Positions 19,656-28,099 of a stretch of DNA of 64,000 bases are shown here, piece after piece. The notes under the pieces were generated by a model. The model saw only the letters and a list, made by a program, of their open reading frames with translations. It ran no database searches and was not told the DNA's origin. Made by a program: the position numbers and the translations under genes. The first letter of the stretch is position 1, and each line of letters begins with the position of its first letter. Where the stretch lies: positions 1-64,000 of IMG/VR virus record IMGVR_UViG_3300043409_000928, one strand, 5' to 3'.

Positions 19656-19788
19656 ACCATAGAAAAACACACTTGGCTCCCCTTACAACCTTGTTCCTGT
19701 CAATTCAGGATGAAACTGGATGCACCCAGTGGCTCCCCTTGGTTGTTTGTATCTGTCAATTCAGATTGAAAGTGTGTTTATCTATGGT
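19656..19788 (-). ncRNA. Stem-closed ncRNA candidate with internal duplication
   Basis: ACCATAGATAAACACACT...AGTGTGTTTTTCTATGGT terminal stem. Confidence 0.55.
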
Positions 19789-19858
19789 AGGGGTGCTCGG
19801 GAACGATCCGAGTTTTACTGGTTAAAAGCCAGTTACTTCACCTTAAAGTTTCACCCCC
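19785..19858 (-). tRNA. tRNA-Lys(TTT), atypical
   Basis: CTTTTAA loop; A8 instead of U8; T-loop ATCGTTC. Confidence 0.85.
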
Positions 19859-20078
19859 ATTAATTTCTCTCTTTTGCGCTTGTCGTTCTGATTTCCAGAA
19901 CACACGCTTCCAATCCTTCAAGTGTTTCCACCATTGCGGACTGCGTGTCAGAATACCCTGTTGCTTATGCGCCATAAAGAGACCCCCTATACTGATTGCA
20001 AAGATCAGTCCACGCTAGTATTTCTTTTTCATTACTCTTCATTGAATCATTCCAAGACATAATTGTCTCCTTTAAATT

Positions 20079-20153
20079 TGGTGGTAATGGTAAGAATCGA
20101 ACTTACACTTGACTGCGTATGAAGCAGGCGCACTACCGTTATGCTACATTACC
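20079..20153 (-). tRNA. tRNA-Met(CAT), elongator-type
   Basis: TTCATAC loop; G1-C72. Confidence 0.88.
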
Positions 20154-20154
20154 T

Positions 20155-20232
20155 TGGAGTACAGAGTCGGATTTGAACCGACGGCTTTACTGGTTTGCAA
20201 TCAGTTCCCTTGGGCCTCTCGGGCATCTGTAC
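20155..20232 (-). tRNA. tRNA-Cys(GCA)
   Basis: TTGCAAA loop; U73. Confidence 0.93.
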
Positions 20233-20240
20233 ATGTTGAA

Positions 20241-20460
20241 TTTGTTAAAGTAGTGCTACCACATTATAAGCACCATTCACCCGAATTAACAAGCTCGAGC
20301 GGGATTCGGTAAGTTACTTGGGATACCGGGCCAGCGTATAGACCTTTCTACCTCGGACACTACGTGCCCGGGTGGGGATCGAACCCATTTGCCTTCTACT
20401 GTTTTGGTCCTTCGAAGAAACCTAGACAGCGTGACTTTCTCTTGCTAACACTTTAACAAA
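20241..20460 (-). ncRNA. YrlA/Y-RNA-like ncRNA with permuted tRNA-like module
   Basis: Long terminal stem; T-arm > closed acceptor-like stem > D-arm order. Confidence 0.5.
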
Positions 20461-20463
20461 ACT

Positions 20464-20538
20464 TGGCGCCCTGTGATGGAATCGAACCACCATCCTGAGT
20501 TTCGAAGACTCTAATTCTATCCGTTGAACTAACAGGGC
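20464..20538 (-). tRNA. tRNA-Arg(TCG)
   Basis: CTTCGAA loop; CCA. Confidence 0.93.
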
Positions 20539-20544
20539 ATAAAC

Positions 20545-20619
20545 TGGTGGGCCAGTCTGGAATTGAACCAGAACTCAACCGATTATGAGTCGGACGCTTT
20601 ACCATTAAGCTACTGGCCC
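20545..20619 (-). tRNA. tRNA-Ile2(CAT), probable lysidine type
   Basis: CTCATAA loop; GGGCC acceptor stem resembles Ile2. Confidence 0.85.
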
Positions 20620-20623
20620 AATT

Positions 20624-20697
20624 TGGCGTACCTCCAGGGACTCGAACCCCGACGAACAGTTTTGGAGACTGTCATGCTGCCATTACATTAGAGATAC
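20624..20697 (-). tRNA. tRNA-Trp(CCA), second copy
   Basis: CTCCAAA loop; CCA. Confidence 0.92.
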
Positions 20698-20704
20698 ATA
20701 AAAA

Positions 20705-21067
20705 TTAATAATTGTCCCAGAACATCGTGTTGTTGCATTGATAATCAAAGTCGTTTTTTAACTCTTCTATATCCATGCTGTCAACTCTGTACTGGTGTTG
20801 AACCCCTGCCCATATACTAATGCGAACATAGTCTGCTGGCGCACTGGTTGGACGTGGTGTGGATGTTTTGTGTTGTATAAAACCTGTGCTGTTACCTGAC
20901 TTAAAAGAATACCCACCAGGAGTATCCCAATTCTCTAACAATGCTTGCATTTCAGCCTGAGTCATTGTGTAAGTGTGTGCATAGTTGTCAGCTACTCGAA
21001 TAGTTAGATCAACTGTGCCTTTGTCTTTGAACAGGTAAATTTTAAAAGTTTTATCAAACGCTAGCAT
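20705..21067 (-). CDS. Hypothetical protein
   Basis: AAGGA RBS; between tRNAs. Confidence 0.65.
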   Translation of the reverse strand: MLAFDKTFKIYLFKDKGTVDLTIRVADNYAHTYTMTQAEMQALLENWDTPGGYSFKSGNSTGFIQHKTSTPRPTSAPADYVRISIWAGVQHQYRVDSMDIEELKNDFDYQCNNTMFWDNY

Positions 21068-21076
21068 ATTATCCTT

Positions 21077-21168
21077 TGGCGGAAGCGGTGAGATTCGAAC
21101 TCACGGGAGGTTTAACCCTCCGCTAGTTTTCAAGACTAGTGCCATAAACCGGACTCGGCCACACTTCC
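21077..21168 (-). tRNA. tRNA-Ser(TGA)
   Basis: CTTGAAA loop; long variable arm. Confidence 0.95.
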
Positions 21169-21173
21169 TAAAT

Positions 21174-21258
21174 TGGTGGAGTATCCTGGGATCGAACCAG
21201 GCGTGCCCGAAGGCGGCGGATTTACAGTCCACTGCATCACCATTGATGCTTCTACTCC
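21174..21258 (-). tRNA. tRNA-Tyr(GTA)
   Basis: CTGTAAA loop; long variable arm. Confidence 0.93.
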
Positions 21259-21266
21259 ATGTAGAA

Positions 21267-21295
21267 ATTTTAACACACTAACACGCAAATGTCAA
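21267..21295 (-). promoter_or_regulatory. Internal sigma70 promoter upstream of tRNA-Tyr
   Basis: TTGACA-17-TAAAAT. Confidence 0.6.
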
Positions 21296-21300
21296 TGTGT

Positions 21301-21368
21301 GTATTAAAGCATACTCGGCTCGTGGCCTTGTCCCCTAAACATTCTAGTTTTGGAATATGCTTTAATAC
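21301..21368 (-). ncRNA. Stem-closed ncRNA candidate
   Basis: GTATTAAAGCATATT...AGTATGCTTTAATAC. Confidence 0.5.
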
Positions 21369-21465
21369 GATCTAATTTTTCCTCCCACAAAAGGGATTCC
21401 ATCCTAGTCGCCGCCCATTTGCCCATGTTTTAAGTGCGGGCTAGGATCTCGTTTCCTACTACACT

Positions 21466-21503
21466 AAAAGAAAAACCCCTGGAGCCTTTCGAGTCCAGGG
21501 GTT
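21466..21503 (-). terminator. Attenuator terminator ahead of tRNA cluster 1
   Basis: AACCCCTGGA-CTCGAAAGGC-TCCAGGGGTT followed by TTTCTTTT. Confidence 0.85.
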
Positions 21504-21523
21504 AAGTAAACGGTCTGATTACT

Positions 21524-21640
21524 TTATCCTGGACATGCTCCTAGAATATGACGATATGACATAAACTTAGAAACGCTGAAGCTTAGGCTCTGTTGTGAGC
21601 ACCAACTTTGTTTCGATATGGATATGGTTTTGTTCATCAT
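21524..21640 (-). CDS. Leader (attenuator) peptide 1, 38 aa
   Basis: MMNKTISISKQSWCSQQSLSFSVSKFMSYRHILGACPG; ATG 7 nt after TATAAT (leaderless); 3' end pairs with terminator arm. Confidence 0.75.
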   Translation of the reverse strand: MMNKTISISKQSWCSQQSLSFSVSKFMSYRHILGACPG

Positions 21641-21647
21641 AGTAATC

Positions 21648-21676
21648 ATTATACACTTACTTAGCCTTTCTGTCAA
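21648..21676 (-). promoter_or_regulatory. sigma70 promoter of tRNA cluster 1 leader
   Basis: TTGACA-17-TATAAT; nested TAAGTA. Confidence 0.85.
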
Positions 21677-21702
21677 CCTCTGTTTGACTTATCGGCAAAA
21701 AT

Positions 21703-21915
21703 TTAACTTTTTAATTTTTCTTCTGCTTTCAGTTGTGAAAGCTTCATGTCGTACATCAACTTGATGCCAAACACCAACATGATGCTACATGCACCAATTC
21801 CAAGAATGGTCAGTGGTACAGTATTGAGCAACATGCCCGTACCTGTACCAATCACTATTGCCAAGATGAAAATTTTAACCACTTCATAAGCGGCTCGTTG
21901 TTTAAGTGTCAACAT
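21703..21915 (-). CDS. Two-TM membrane protein
   Basis: Hydrophobic; own promoter 21936-21963. Confidence 0.65.
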   Translation of the reverse strand: MLTLKQRAAYEVVKIFILAIVIGTGTGMLLNTVPLTILGIGACSIMLVFGIKLMYDMKLSQLKAEEKLKS

Positions 21916-21989
21916 AGAAATCCTTGTAAAGAACTATTATAGCACAAAAAATCAGTTTGTCAACCTGTGTTGTAAAAATACAACGGTAG

Positions 21990-22409
21990 CTATTTTGTTT
22001 TAGCCGCAATGTCCTTGTAGCCCGCGGTGCTGGGATGAATGCCATCAGTTTGTAGTCTTGTGATTGGCAGTACTGTATCTCCGTACTTGCCAGCAATTTC
22101 ACGCACTAGGCCTTGTATCCACTGTATGTTGACTTCGCTGGCTTTTAGGTTGCCAGCTGGCAAGATCCAGTACACTCGATCTGCTTTTACCTGCTCACGC
22201 ATCTTGACCAGTTCGTACTCGGTTTTGACATACTTGTGATCATTACTGCCCAAACTGATGATGACTGTGCTGGCTGGCTTCAGGTTCTTGGCATAGTCCT
22301 TGTTCCATTGTGATGTATTGATACCACCTTTGCCTACCAGCGCACAGTCCTGTCGGAACTGCTGTGTGCCAACTGCAATACTGTCACCTAGGATCAAACA
22401 TTCTAACAT
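21990..22409 (-). CDS. SGNH/GDSL hydrolase
   Basis: LGDS, GSND, DGIHP. Confidence 0.85.
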   Translation of the reverse strand: MLECLILGDSIAVGTQQFRQDCALVGKGGINTSQWNKDYAKNLKPASTVIISLGSNDHKYVKTEYELVKMREQVKADRVYWILPAGNLKASEVNIQWIQGLVREIAGKYGDTVLPITRLQTDGIHPSTAGYKDIAAKTK

Positions 22410-22471
22410 TTTGGTCTCCGTAAAAAAACAACCATTGCACAATTATACAATGGTTGTTTTAGGTTGTCAAC

Positions 22472-23617
22472 CTAATTTAAATTAGGCTTTTTGTACTGCA
22501 AGTTTGTCAACGATTGACCCCGTACTTTATCAAGCATGTTGGTGAATTCTAGAAACTTTTCCGGTTGTCCAATGGTGTCTAATTTTTTTAATATATTTGC
22601 CAGTTCCATAGTAATTTTAGATAAGTTGGCGCCTTGGAGAATCTGAATCGCATTATTAATTTCAACTCTGGCTTGGGTTTTCATCTCAGCAGGCAGATTT
22701 TCAAATTTTAACGGTATTGGTGTTGTTGCCACATGCGCTTTAAACTGCAAAGATGGAAACATATCTGACAACGACTGAAAGAATTTTGATGTTGCTGTGT
22801 AGTCTAATAATCCATAGGATGTTATTGTAGAATGAATTGCTACATTTTTAAATTCTTTACAAAATAATAAAGTATTTTTTTCTACAACTGGCCAGTCCGT
22901 TCCGTATCGCACGTATTCTGCTGTTTTTCCCACTGCATCAATGCTTAAATTTAAATGTAAATTTTTAAACTGTTTTAATCTGCCAATGAAGAGAGGGTTA
23001 TATACACTACAGTTGGTAAAGATAAACAACTCAATGTCTTGCTTGCCAATGGATATCAGATAGTCCAGCACATCGTAATATTTTTTAATCAGCATTGGCT
23101 CACCACCAGTTAAAAACAGTCTATCAGTGTCCTTTAATTGTTCAAGTATTTGGTTCCAGTTACTGGTAGAAGTTTCGTAGTCTGAGTCAGAACTAATTGA
23201 AAAGAATTTTGTTAACTCTGGGTTTGCTTCAACTTCTTTTTGCAACATTGAACTAGATTCGGTGTTGCACATTCTACAACTAAAATTACACTGATTACTG
23301 ATACGCAATTCCATCCATTTGGTGCCCAAGTGGTCAGTTGACGTCAAATCAAAATTTTCACATAACTTTGCATATTTTGTTGTGTAATATTTTCTAATAC
23401 TGTGCAGGCCTTTATCTTCTTTTTGCCAACAACTATTACAAGTAGATGGACGAATACCATCTAGAAACTGTTGTTTAATTTCCCGAAGATAATTAGATTT
23501 TATATAATCGTTTGGACTAACTAAAATTTTATCTCGACTGGTACAGCAAAGAGACGCCCGGTTAGATTGATAAAAGAGAGAAAGCCAAGGGGCTGGGCAA
23601 AAGGATGATGAAATCAT
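22472..23617 (-). CDS. Radical SAM protein with N-terminal SPASM/twitch-like domain
   Basis: CPAPW..CC..CNSC; CNFSCRMC; TGGEP; TAAGTA-5nt-ATG. Confidence 0.88.
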   Translation of the reverse strand: MISSSFCPAPWLSLFYQSNRASLCCTSRDKILVSPNDYIKSNYLREIKQQFLDGIRPSTCNSCWQKEDKGLHSIRKYYTTKYAKLCENFDLTSTDHLGTKWMELRISNQCNFSCRMCNTESSSMLQKEVEANPELTKFFSISSDSDYETSTSNWNQILEQLKDTDRLFLTGGEPMLIKKYYDVLDYLISIGKQDIELFIFTNCSVYNPLFIGRLKQFKNLHLNLSIDAVGKTAEYVRYGTDWPVVEKNTLLFCKEFKNVAIHSTITSYGLLDYTATSKFFQSLSDMFPSLQFKAHVATTPIPLKFENLPAEMKTQARVEINNAIQILQGANLSKITMELANILKKLDTIGQPEKFLEFTNMLDKVRGQSLTNLQYKKPNLN

Positions 23618-23647
23618 ACCAATACTTATCGTCGAAGTTACGAGCAA

Positions 23648-24286
23648 TCAGCAGTAGCCTAGGTGTTCCAATCTAGAGACCAAATTGGTCCAGGCAATTT
23701 GTCGTTTAACTTCTGCTGTGATTTGAATCCTGCTGACAGGGCAGTTGGGACTTTGTGCCCTGTGTGCAATTTCAGTTCTGTTCCAACATGCACCTGGATC
23801 TAGTACCGTAAATGCTGGCGTTGTACCCCAATCATCTATTAGAGATTTAAAACTGTATGCTGTTCGACCCACTCCATTTCGAAGTTCAGTGAACTCACGC
23901 TCGACAATTCGATCACTGTCAATCCCGTCATCCCACCAGTCCAGCGTCACTGGGCTTAGTCCTTGTATTGGAATATTAAAACGAGCCACCATGGCCGTGC
24001 CACGTTCAAATGCATCTATGTGAGCCACCTTGGGACATTGCTTAGGCTGTGAAATAAAACAAGCAAATCTTTTAAATTCTAATTTTAATTCATCAAAATG
24101 TGCCAGTACTGCATCACGCTGTGGCCAAGATTTAAACAATTCTTGTGGTACGTCAACTCGGTCAAATGCCCCTTTGATTAATTTTAATGCTGGATATAGG
24201 TTTGGTGTTAAATTCTCCATGCCCCATGCACAGTCTGAATCAGACGGATTAAATTTAGGCATTGGGATATGATAGTGTTTATGCAT
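23648..24286 (-). CDS. 2OG-Fe(II)-like DSBH protein
   Basis: AHID ... RTEIAH ... R; resembles 14751..15425. Confidence 0.6.
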   Translation of the reverse strand: MHKHYHIPMPKFNPSDSDCAWGMENLTPNLYPALKLIKGAFDRVDVPQELFKSWPQRDAVLAHFDELKLEFKRFACFISQPKQCPKVAHIDAFERGTAMVARFNIPIQGLSPVTLDWWDDGIDSDRIVEREFTELRNGVGRTAYSFKSLIDDWGTTPAFTVLDPGACWNRTEIAHRAQSPNCPVSRIQITAEVKRQIAWTNLVSRLEHLGYC

Positions 24287-24351
24287 TATATTACTTATTG
24301 GGAAAATTCTGGTGTAAAATTCAGATAATTAACTTATACAAGGAGTTTACG

Positions 24352-25254
24352 ATGAAGTTAAAAATATTGCTGTCCAGTTTATTAATCAGTGGAAGTGCCA
24401 TTGCTGGTCCAGTAGAATTTACGGTTACACATGCACCGGGTGGACCAAGTGATACCACCACACGCTTACTGGCCAAAACAGTGGGCGGTAATGAATTTGT
24501 AGTTGTTAATAGGCCAGGTGCTGGTGGTGCCATTGCTGTCAAGCAATTGTTGGACGAAAAGACCGTTTTGGTAGCAACTATGAGCCAAATCTATGTTACC
24601 AATCCCGTGCTATTTCCCAACCTAGGTTACGACCCAGACACTGATTTAGAACTAATTGGCGTTGTGGCAAGTATGCCCAGTGTGCTGGTATGCAATTCTA
24701 ATAAGAATATAAATTCCATCGGCGACTTGGCCAAAAGCCGATCACTTAACTTTGGTGTAGCAGGGTATGGAAGCAGTGAACATTTGGCAACTGAAGTGCT
24801 GTTTAAAAAATTAAAAGCCAATCACCTGGCTGTTCCTTATAGCAAGGGTGGTACTGCCGCAGTACAAGACATGTTGGGTGGAAACATTGATTGTATGTTT
24901 GCAAACTATCCGGTGGTAAGTGAGTGGGTTGGTAACAGTCGATTGAAGTTTATCATGAGCAGTCATGACTTGGGTCTTAAAGTTCCAACTTGGAAGTCTA
25001 GCTTTGCTGAGCCATTCCCATTTGAAAGCTACCTAGGATTAGTTGTTGCTCGTTCAATGAACGAAGCTGACAAGGAAGTGCTGAAGGCAAAGTTTACTCA
25101 AGCGTTTGGCAATAAAGAACTTGCAACTGCGTTGTCTAGGGCGGGCCTATTCCCTGTGCTTGCAATGGATAAGAAGTCTGTTGAAGCCGGGCTGTATAAC
25201 AATACAAAATTAAGAACGTTCATTTTACAGAACAATATTAAAATATCCAACTAA
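24352..25254 (+). CDS. Tripartite tricarboxylate transporter substrate-binding protein (Bug/TctC)
   Basis: PGGPSD..R, VVVNRPGAGG, VPYSKGG, DMLGG. Confidence 0.9.
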   Translation: MKLKILLSSLLISGSAIAGPVEFTVTHAPGGPSDTTTRLLAKTVGGNEFVVVNRPGAGGAIAVKQLLDEKTVLVATMSQIYVTNPVLFPNLGYDPDTDLELIGVVASMPSVLVCNSNKNINSIGDLAKSRSLNFGVAGYGSSEHLATEVLFKKLKANHLAVPYSKGGTAAVQDMLGGNIDCMFANYPVVSEWVGNSRLKFIMSSHDLGLKVPTWKSSFAEPFPFESYLGLVVARSMNEADKEVLKAKFTQAFGNKELATALSRAGLFPVLAMDKKSVEAGLYNNTKLRTFILQNNIKISN

Positions 25255-26460
25255 TTATCGTATCCACAAACAGTCGGACTGTAAGTTTGCAATAGGTCCT
25301 AGGCTGTAGGTATGTGAAACTACAACAAGCCCGTCAACGTCCTTGGCTGGATCTTGTTGTTTTTTAATGAAAGGTGTTAGGTTATTTTTAATATAATTAA
25401 TGCCCTCTAACCATACCTGGCCAGCTCTAGTGTCTTTGTATAGATCTAGAAACCATCCATCAAATTCACTGCTCCAATCATACACAGCTTTCTTTGCCTG
25501 GAACCAGTTGGGATTCCATGTGGTGTATAACAGTCCACGAAGTAGTGGATCATGATGAAGTCTATACACTTCAGTGGTAACATATGAAGTGTCCCAAATT
25601 TTTTGATTTTCAGGAAATGCTTCTAACCATCGTTTAATTACGTGCCCTTGCTTGATTATAAGCTCTGGCATGTCTGGAGTCCAGTAAAAGAACTCAACAG
25701 TACTATTTGGATACTCTTTTAGGTGTTCTGCTACAGTAATCATATTGGTAGTACGATCGCTGAATGTCATCAACAGTTCTCCGCGGTGGAGTTGCGTTCT
25801 TGGCTTTTCAATACCAACTACAATAGCAATCTTATGATCCTTGTCAAACTTTTTTCGAATCTCAGAAAAGTGTAGAAAGTTAAAGCGGGTCATACCTGCT
25901 GGGTTTAAACCTTCACGCTTGTTTAGTACCCAACTGGCATCACCTGCGGTTTCGAGTTCTGCAAATAGTGCATCACTACAGTCTGTAATTGTAATTTTTG
26001 TTTTAGGCATCCAGGTTGAAATTTCTTTTAACCTGGGAATAGTATTCAAATTGTGTTCTGACTCGGGTGCATTGTATGCATCTGTATTGGAAGGATCAAT
26101 TATCATTGCAGATGAACTGGCCTTGGTCATTGTGTTGGTAATAATCTCATCAATGTGCAGTCCTTGCCGATAAAAGCTCATTAAGATGTTATGGCTATCG
26201 GCACCGCCTGAATAACTTAAAATGAGGTAATCGTATTGCTCGCGCAACTGTCGAGCACGTTGGTCATACAACTGGTCTAATGACTGCTCGGGCTCTTTTT
26301 TCCAATCGTACTTGTTGAACTCGTCATTGTTAAAAACCCAAGTAACTGGCTTCTTTACTTCCATTGCATATATACATGCACGAATTTTTGAATCAAACTC
26401 TAGGTCACCTACAATATAGTATCCAAGTTTTTTATTAATATATGGGTTGTGTATTCTCAT
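25255..26460 (-). CDS. N-type ATP pyrophosphatase (PP-loop) protein
   Basis: LSYSGGADS. Confidence 0.7.
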   Translation of the reverse strand: MRIHNPYINKKLGYYIVGDLEFDSKIRACIYAMEVKKPVTWVFNNDEFNKYDWKKEPEQSLDQLYDQRARQLREQYDYLILSYSGGADSHNILMSFYRQGLHIDEIITNTMTKASSSAMIIDPSNTDAYNAPESEHNLNTIPRLKEISTWMPKTKITITDCSDALFAELETAGDASWVLNKREGLNPAGMTRFNFLHFSEIRKKFDKDHKIAIVVGIEKPRTQLHRGELLMTFSDRTTNMITVAEHLKEYPNSTVEFFYWTPDMPELIIKQGHVIKRWLEAFPENQKIWDTSYVTTEVYRLHHDPLLRGLLYTTWNPNWFQAKKAVYDWSSEFDGWFLDLYKDTRAGQVWLEGINYIKNNLTPFIKKQQDPAKDVDGLVVVSHTYSLGPIANLQSDCLWIR

Positions 26461-27383
26461 AGTTGCGTGAACCGTTTTACTTTGTCAGAGGACCAATTGC
26501 TTAGATGTGTTATTAGTTCATCACGTGGAACAAACACACATTTATTTTTATAGTTATGACGAAGTCGAGTGTCAGTTGGATTCATTATAAAGTCTACTTT
26601 CTCAGAGCTAACATACTTTGGAAAAATTTCTAATTCCTGACCCCAATACATTCCGTATATGATTGGTTTTACGTAGTATTCCCAACTGAAGATCAATGGA
26701 GGTGGCTCTCCTGTTTCTTTGTCTACTAGTCCGTTTCCTTTAATGTATTCCAATGCATTGATATAGCCGGTAACTACTGGATCACTTAGGTATGCCAAAG
26801 CAAAGTTATTAAATGGCGCCCTACGGTCAATACAAACAATCTTTCCCGACCGCACAACCTGCTTTAATGCTCGTTGGCTCGCAACTTCAATTGCAGTCCA
26901 TGACTCCATACAGTATGCTTTACCTTGCCTGAAGACAAAATCAAAACTTTCAATTCCTTGGCAAAAATCTCGATCTTTGGGTAATTGAGCCAGGAACTTT
27001 TTCATCATGTGATGTTCGGCTGGAATGCCCGTGGATATTGCATTTGCTTCTATTTCTTCACGAATTGCAAATGGGTCTATTTCAACAATTGTACACTCAA
27101 ATCCGTATTTCTTTTCAAGTATCTTAATGTTATTGTATTCAAAATCATTGTAACCTGGATGATACATGAATGCACACTCGTATGGCAAACCCAGCGTGTG
27201 AAATGTGTGCAGTAGCACTTGGCTGTCTAGGCCACTGGTAAGACTTATTAAAACTTTGCTTTGTGCTTCATTAGCAAGTCTAGTACATGACTTTTCCATT
27301 TCCTGCCGGACTGTGCCAATTGGTTCCGAGCAGGCTGTATATTCTACATAAAATTTGTCGTTGTCATCTAGACCATATATCAT
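26457..27383 (-). CDS. N-type ATP pyrophosphatase (PP-loop) protein
   Basis: SLTSGLDSQ; TAAGTA-5nt-ATG. Confidence 0.65.
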   Translation of the reverse strand: MIYGLDDNDKFYVEYTACSEPIGTVRQEMEKSCTRLANEAQSKVLISLTSGLDSQVLLHTFHTLGLPYECAFMYHPGYNDFEYNNIKILEKKYGFECTIVEIDPFAIREEIEANAISTGIPAEHHMMKKFLAQLPKDRDFCQGIESFDFVFRQGKAYCMESWTAIEVASQRALKQVVRSGKIVCIDRRAPFNNFALAYLSDPVVTGYINALEYIKGNGLVDKETGEPPPLIFSWEYYVKPIIYGMYWGQELEIFPKYVSSEKVDFIMNPTDTRLRHNYKNKCVFVPRDELITHLSNWSSDKVKRFTQL

Positions 27384-27391
27384 GCACTTAC

Positions 27392-27571
27392 TTACCAACT
27401 GCCGTTGTCAACAACTATCCTGACTGATAGCACGAGTATCTGTACTACAACTTCTCGACGACCGGGGCACGGCCATTCAGCCTTGGTTGGATCAATGCAG
27501 TAAGAAATACGCCAATGAAATGGATTACAAATTAATGTAACCCATATGCCACTGTATCTAAACCAATCCAT
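27392..27571 (-). CDS. Hypothetical protein
   Basis: NPFHWR motif; coupled. Confidence 0.55.
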   Translation of the reverse strand: MDWFRYSGIWVTLICNPFHWRISYCIDPTKAEWPCPGRREVVVQILVLSVRIVVDNGSW

Positions 27572-28089
27572 TAAATATTCCCTTCGTGCTTGGGCATTAT
27601 AAAACCCCACTCATTTGTGGTGCCATGCACATCGTAGGACTTTTCTTCACTGTCATAAGTCCAACCCAGCTCTCGCATCATTTTGTGCTTGACCAATAAG
27701 TTAGGAATACGAAAACGTTCGCAATCTGCAAAGCCCATCATGACACCAACTTCTACTACTGCGCCGCTACGGCAAATGCCTGCATGGCAGTGAACCACAA
27801 CATTCATACGATTTTCCCAAGCATGTTTCAACAAGCGAACCAGCTCAACAGCCTGTGCGTCTGTGATAGCAAACTCACTCATGTCAATAGTCTTACCATC
27901 ACCGGTATTGGTCATGCCATCTTCTTCAATATCCAAAAATGTAAATTGGTGCACTTCTTTGAACTCATGACGGGGTGTAGGAAATGCCATGTCGTGATCC
28001 GAAATTTGAATCAACATGCTGTTGGCACCGCAATCGTGGTGGCGCCCAGCGGCTACATTTTCTAAAGGTATGTTTTCAATCCAGGGCAT
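27571..28089 (-). CDS. Cys-based (tyrosine/dual-specificity-like) phosphatase
   Basis: VHCHAGICRS (CX5R). Confidence 0.85.
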   Translation of the reverse strand: MPWIENIPLENVAAGRHHDCGANSMLIQISDHDMAFPTPRHEFKEVHQFTFLDIEEDGMTNTGDGKTIDMSEFAITDAQAVELVRLLKHAWENRMNVVVHCHAGICRSGAVVEVGVMMGFADCERFRIPNLLVKHKMMRELGWTYDSEEKSYDVHGTTNEWGFIMPKHEGNI

Positions 28090-28099
28090 GTTCTTCTCC

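Noticed and set aside
21370-21462. Hammerhead ribozyme
   Set aside because: GAAAC is present but the CTGANGA core is missing.
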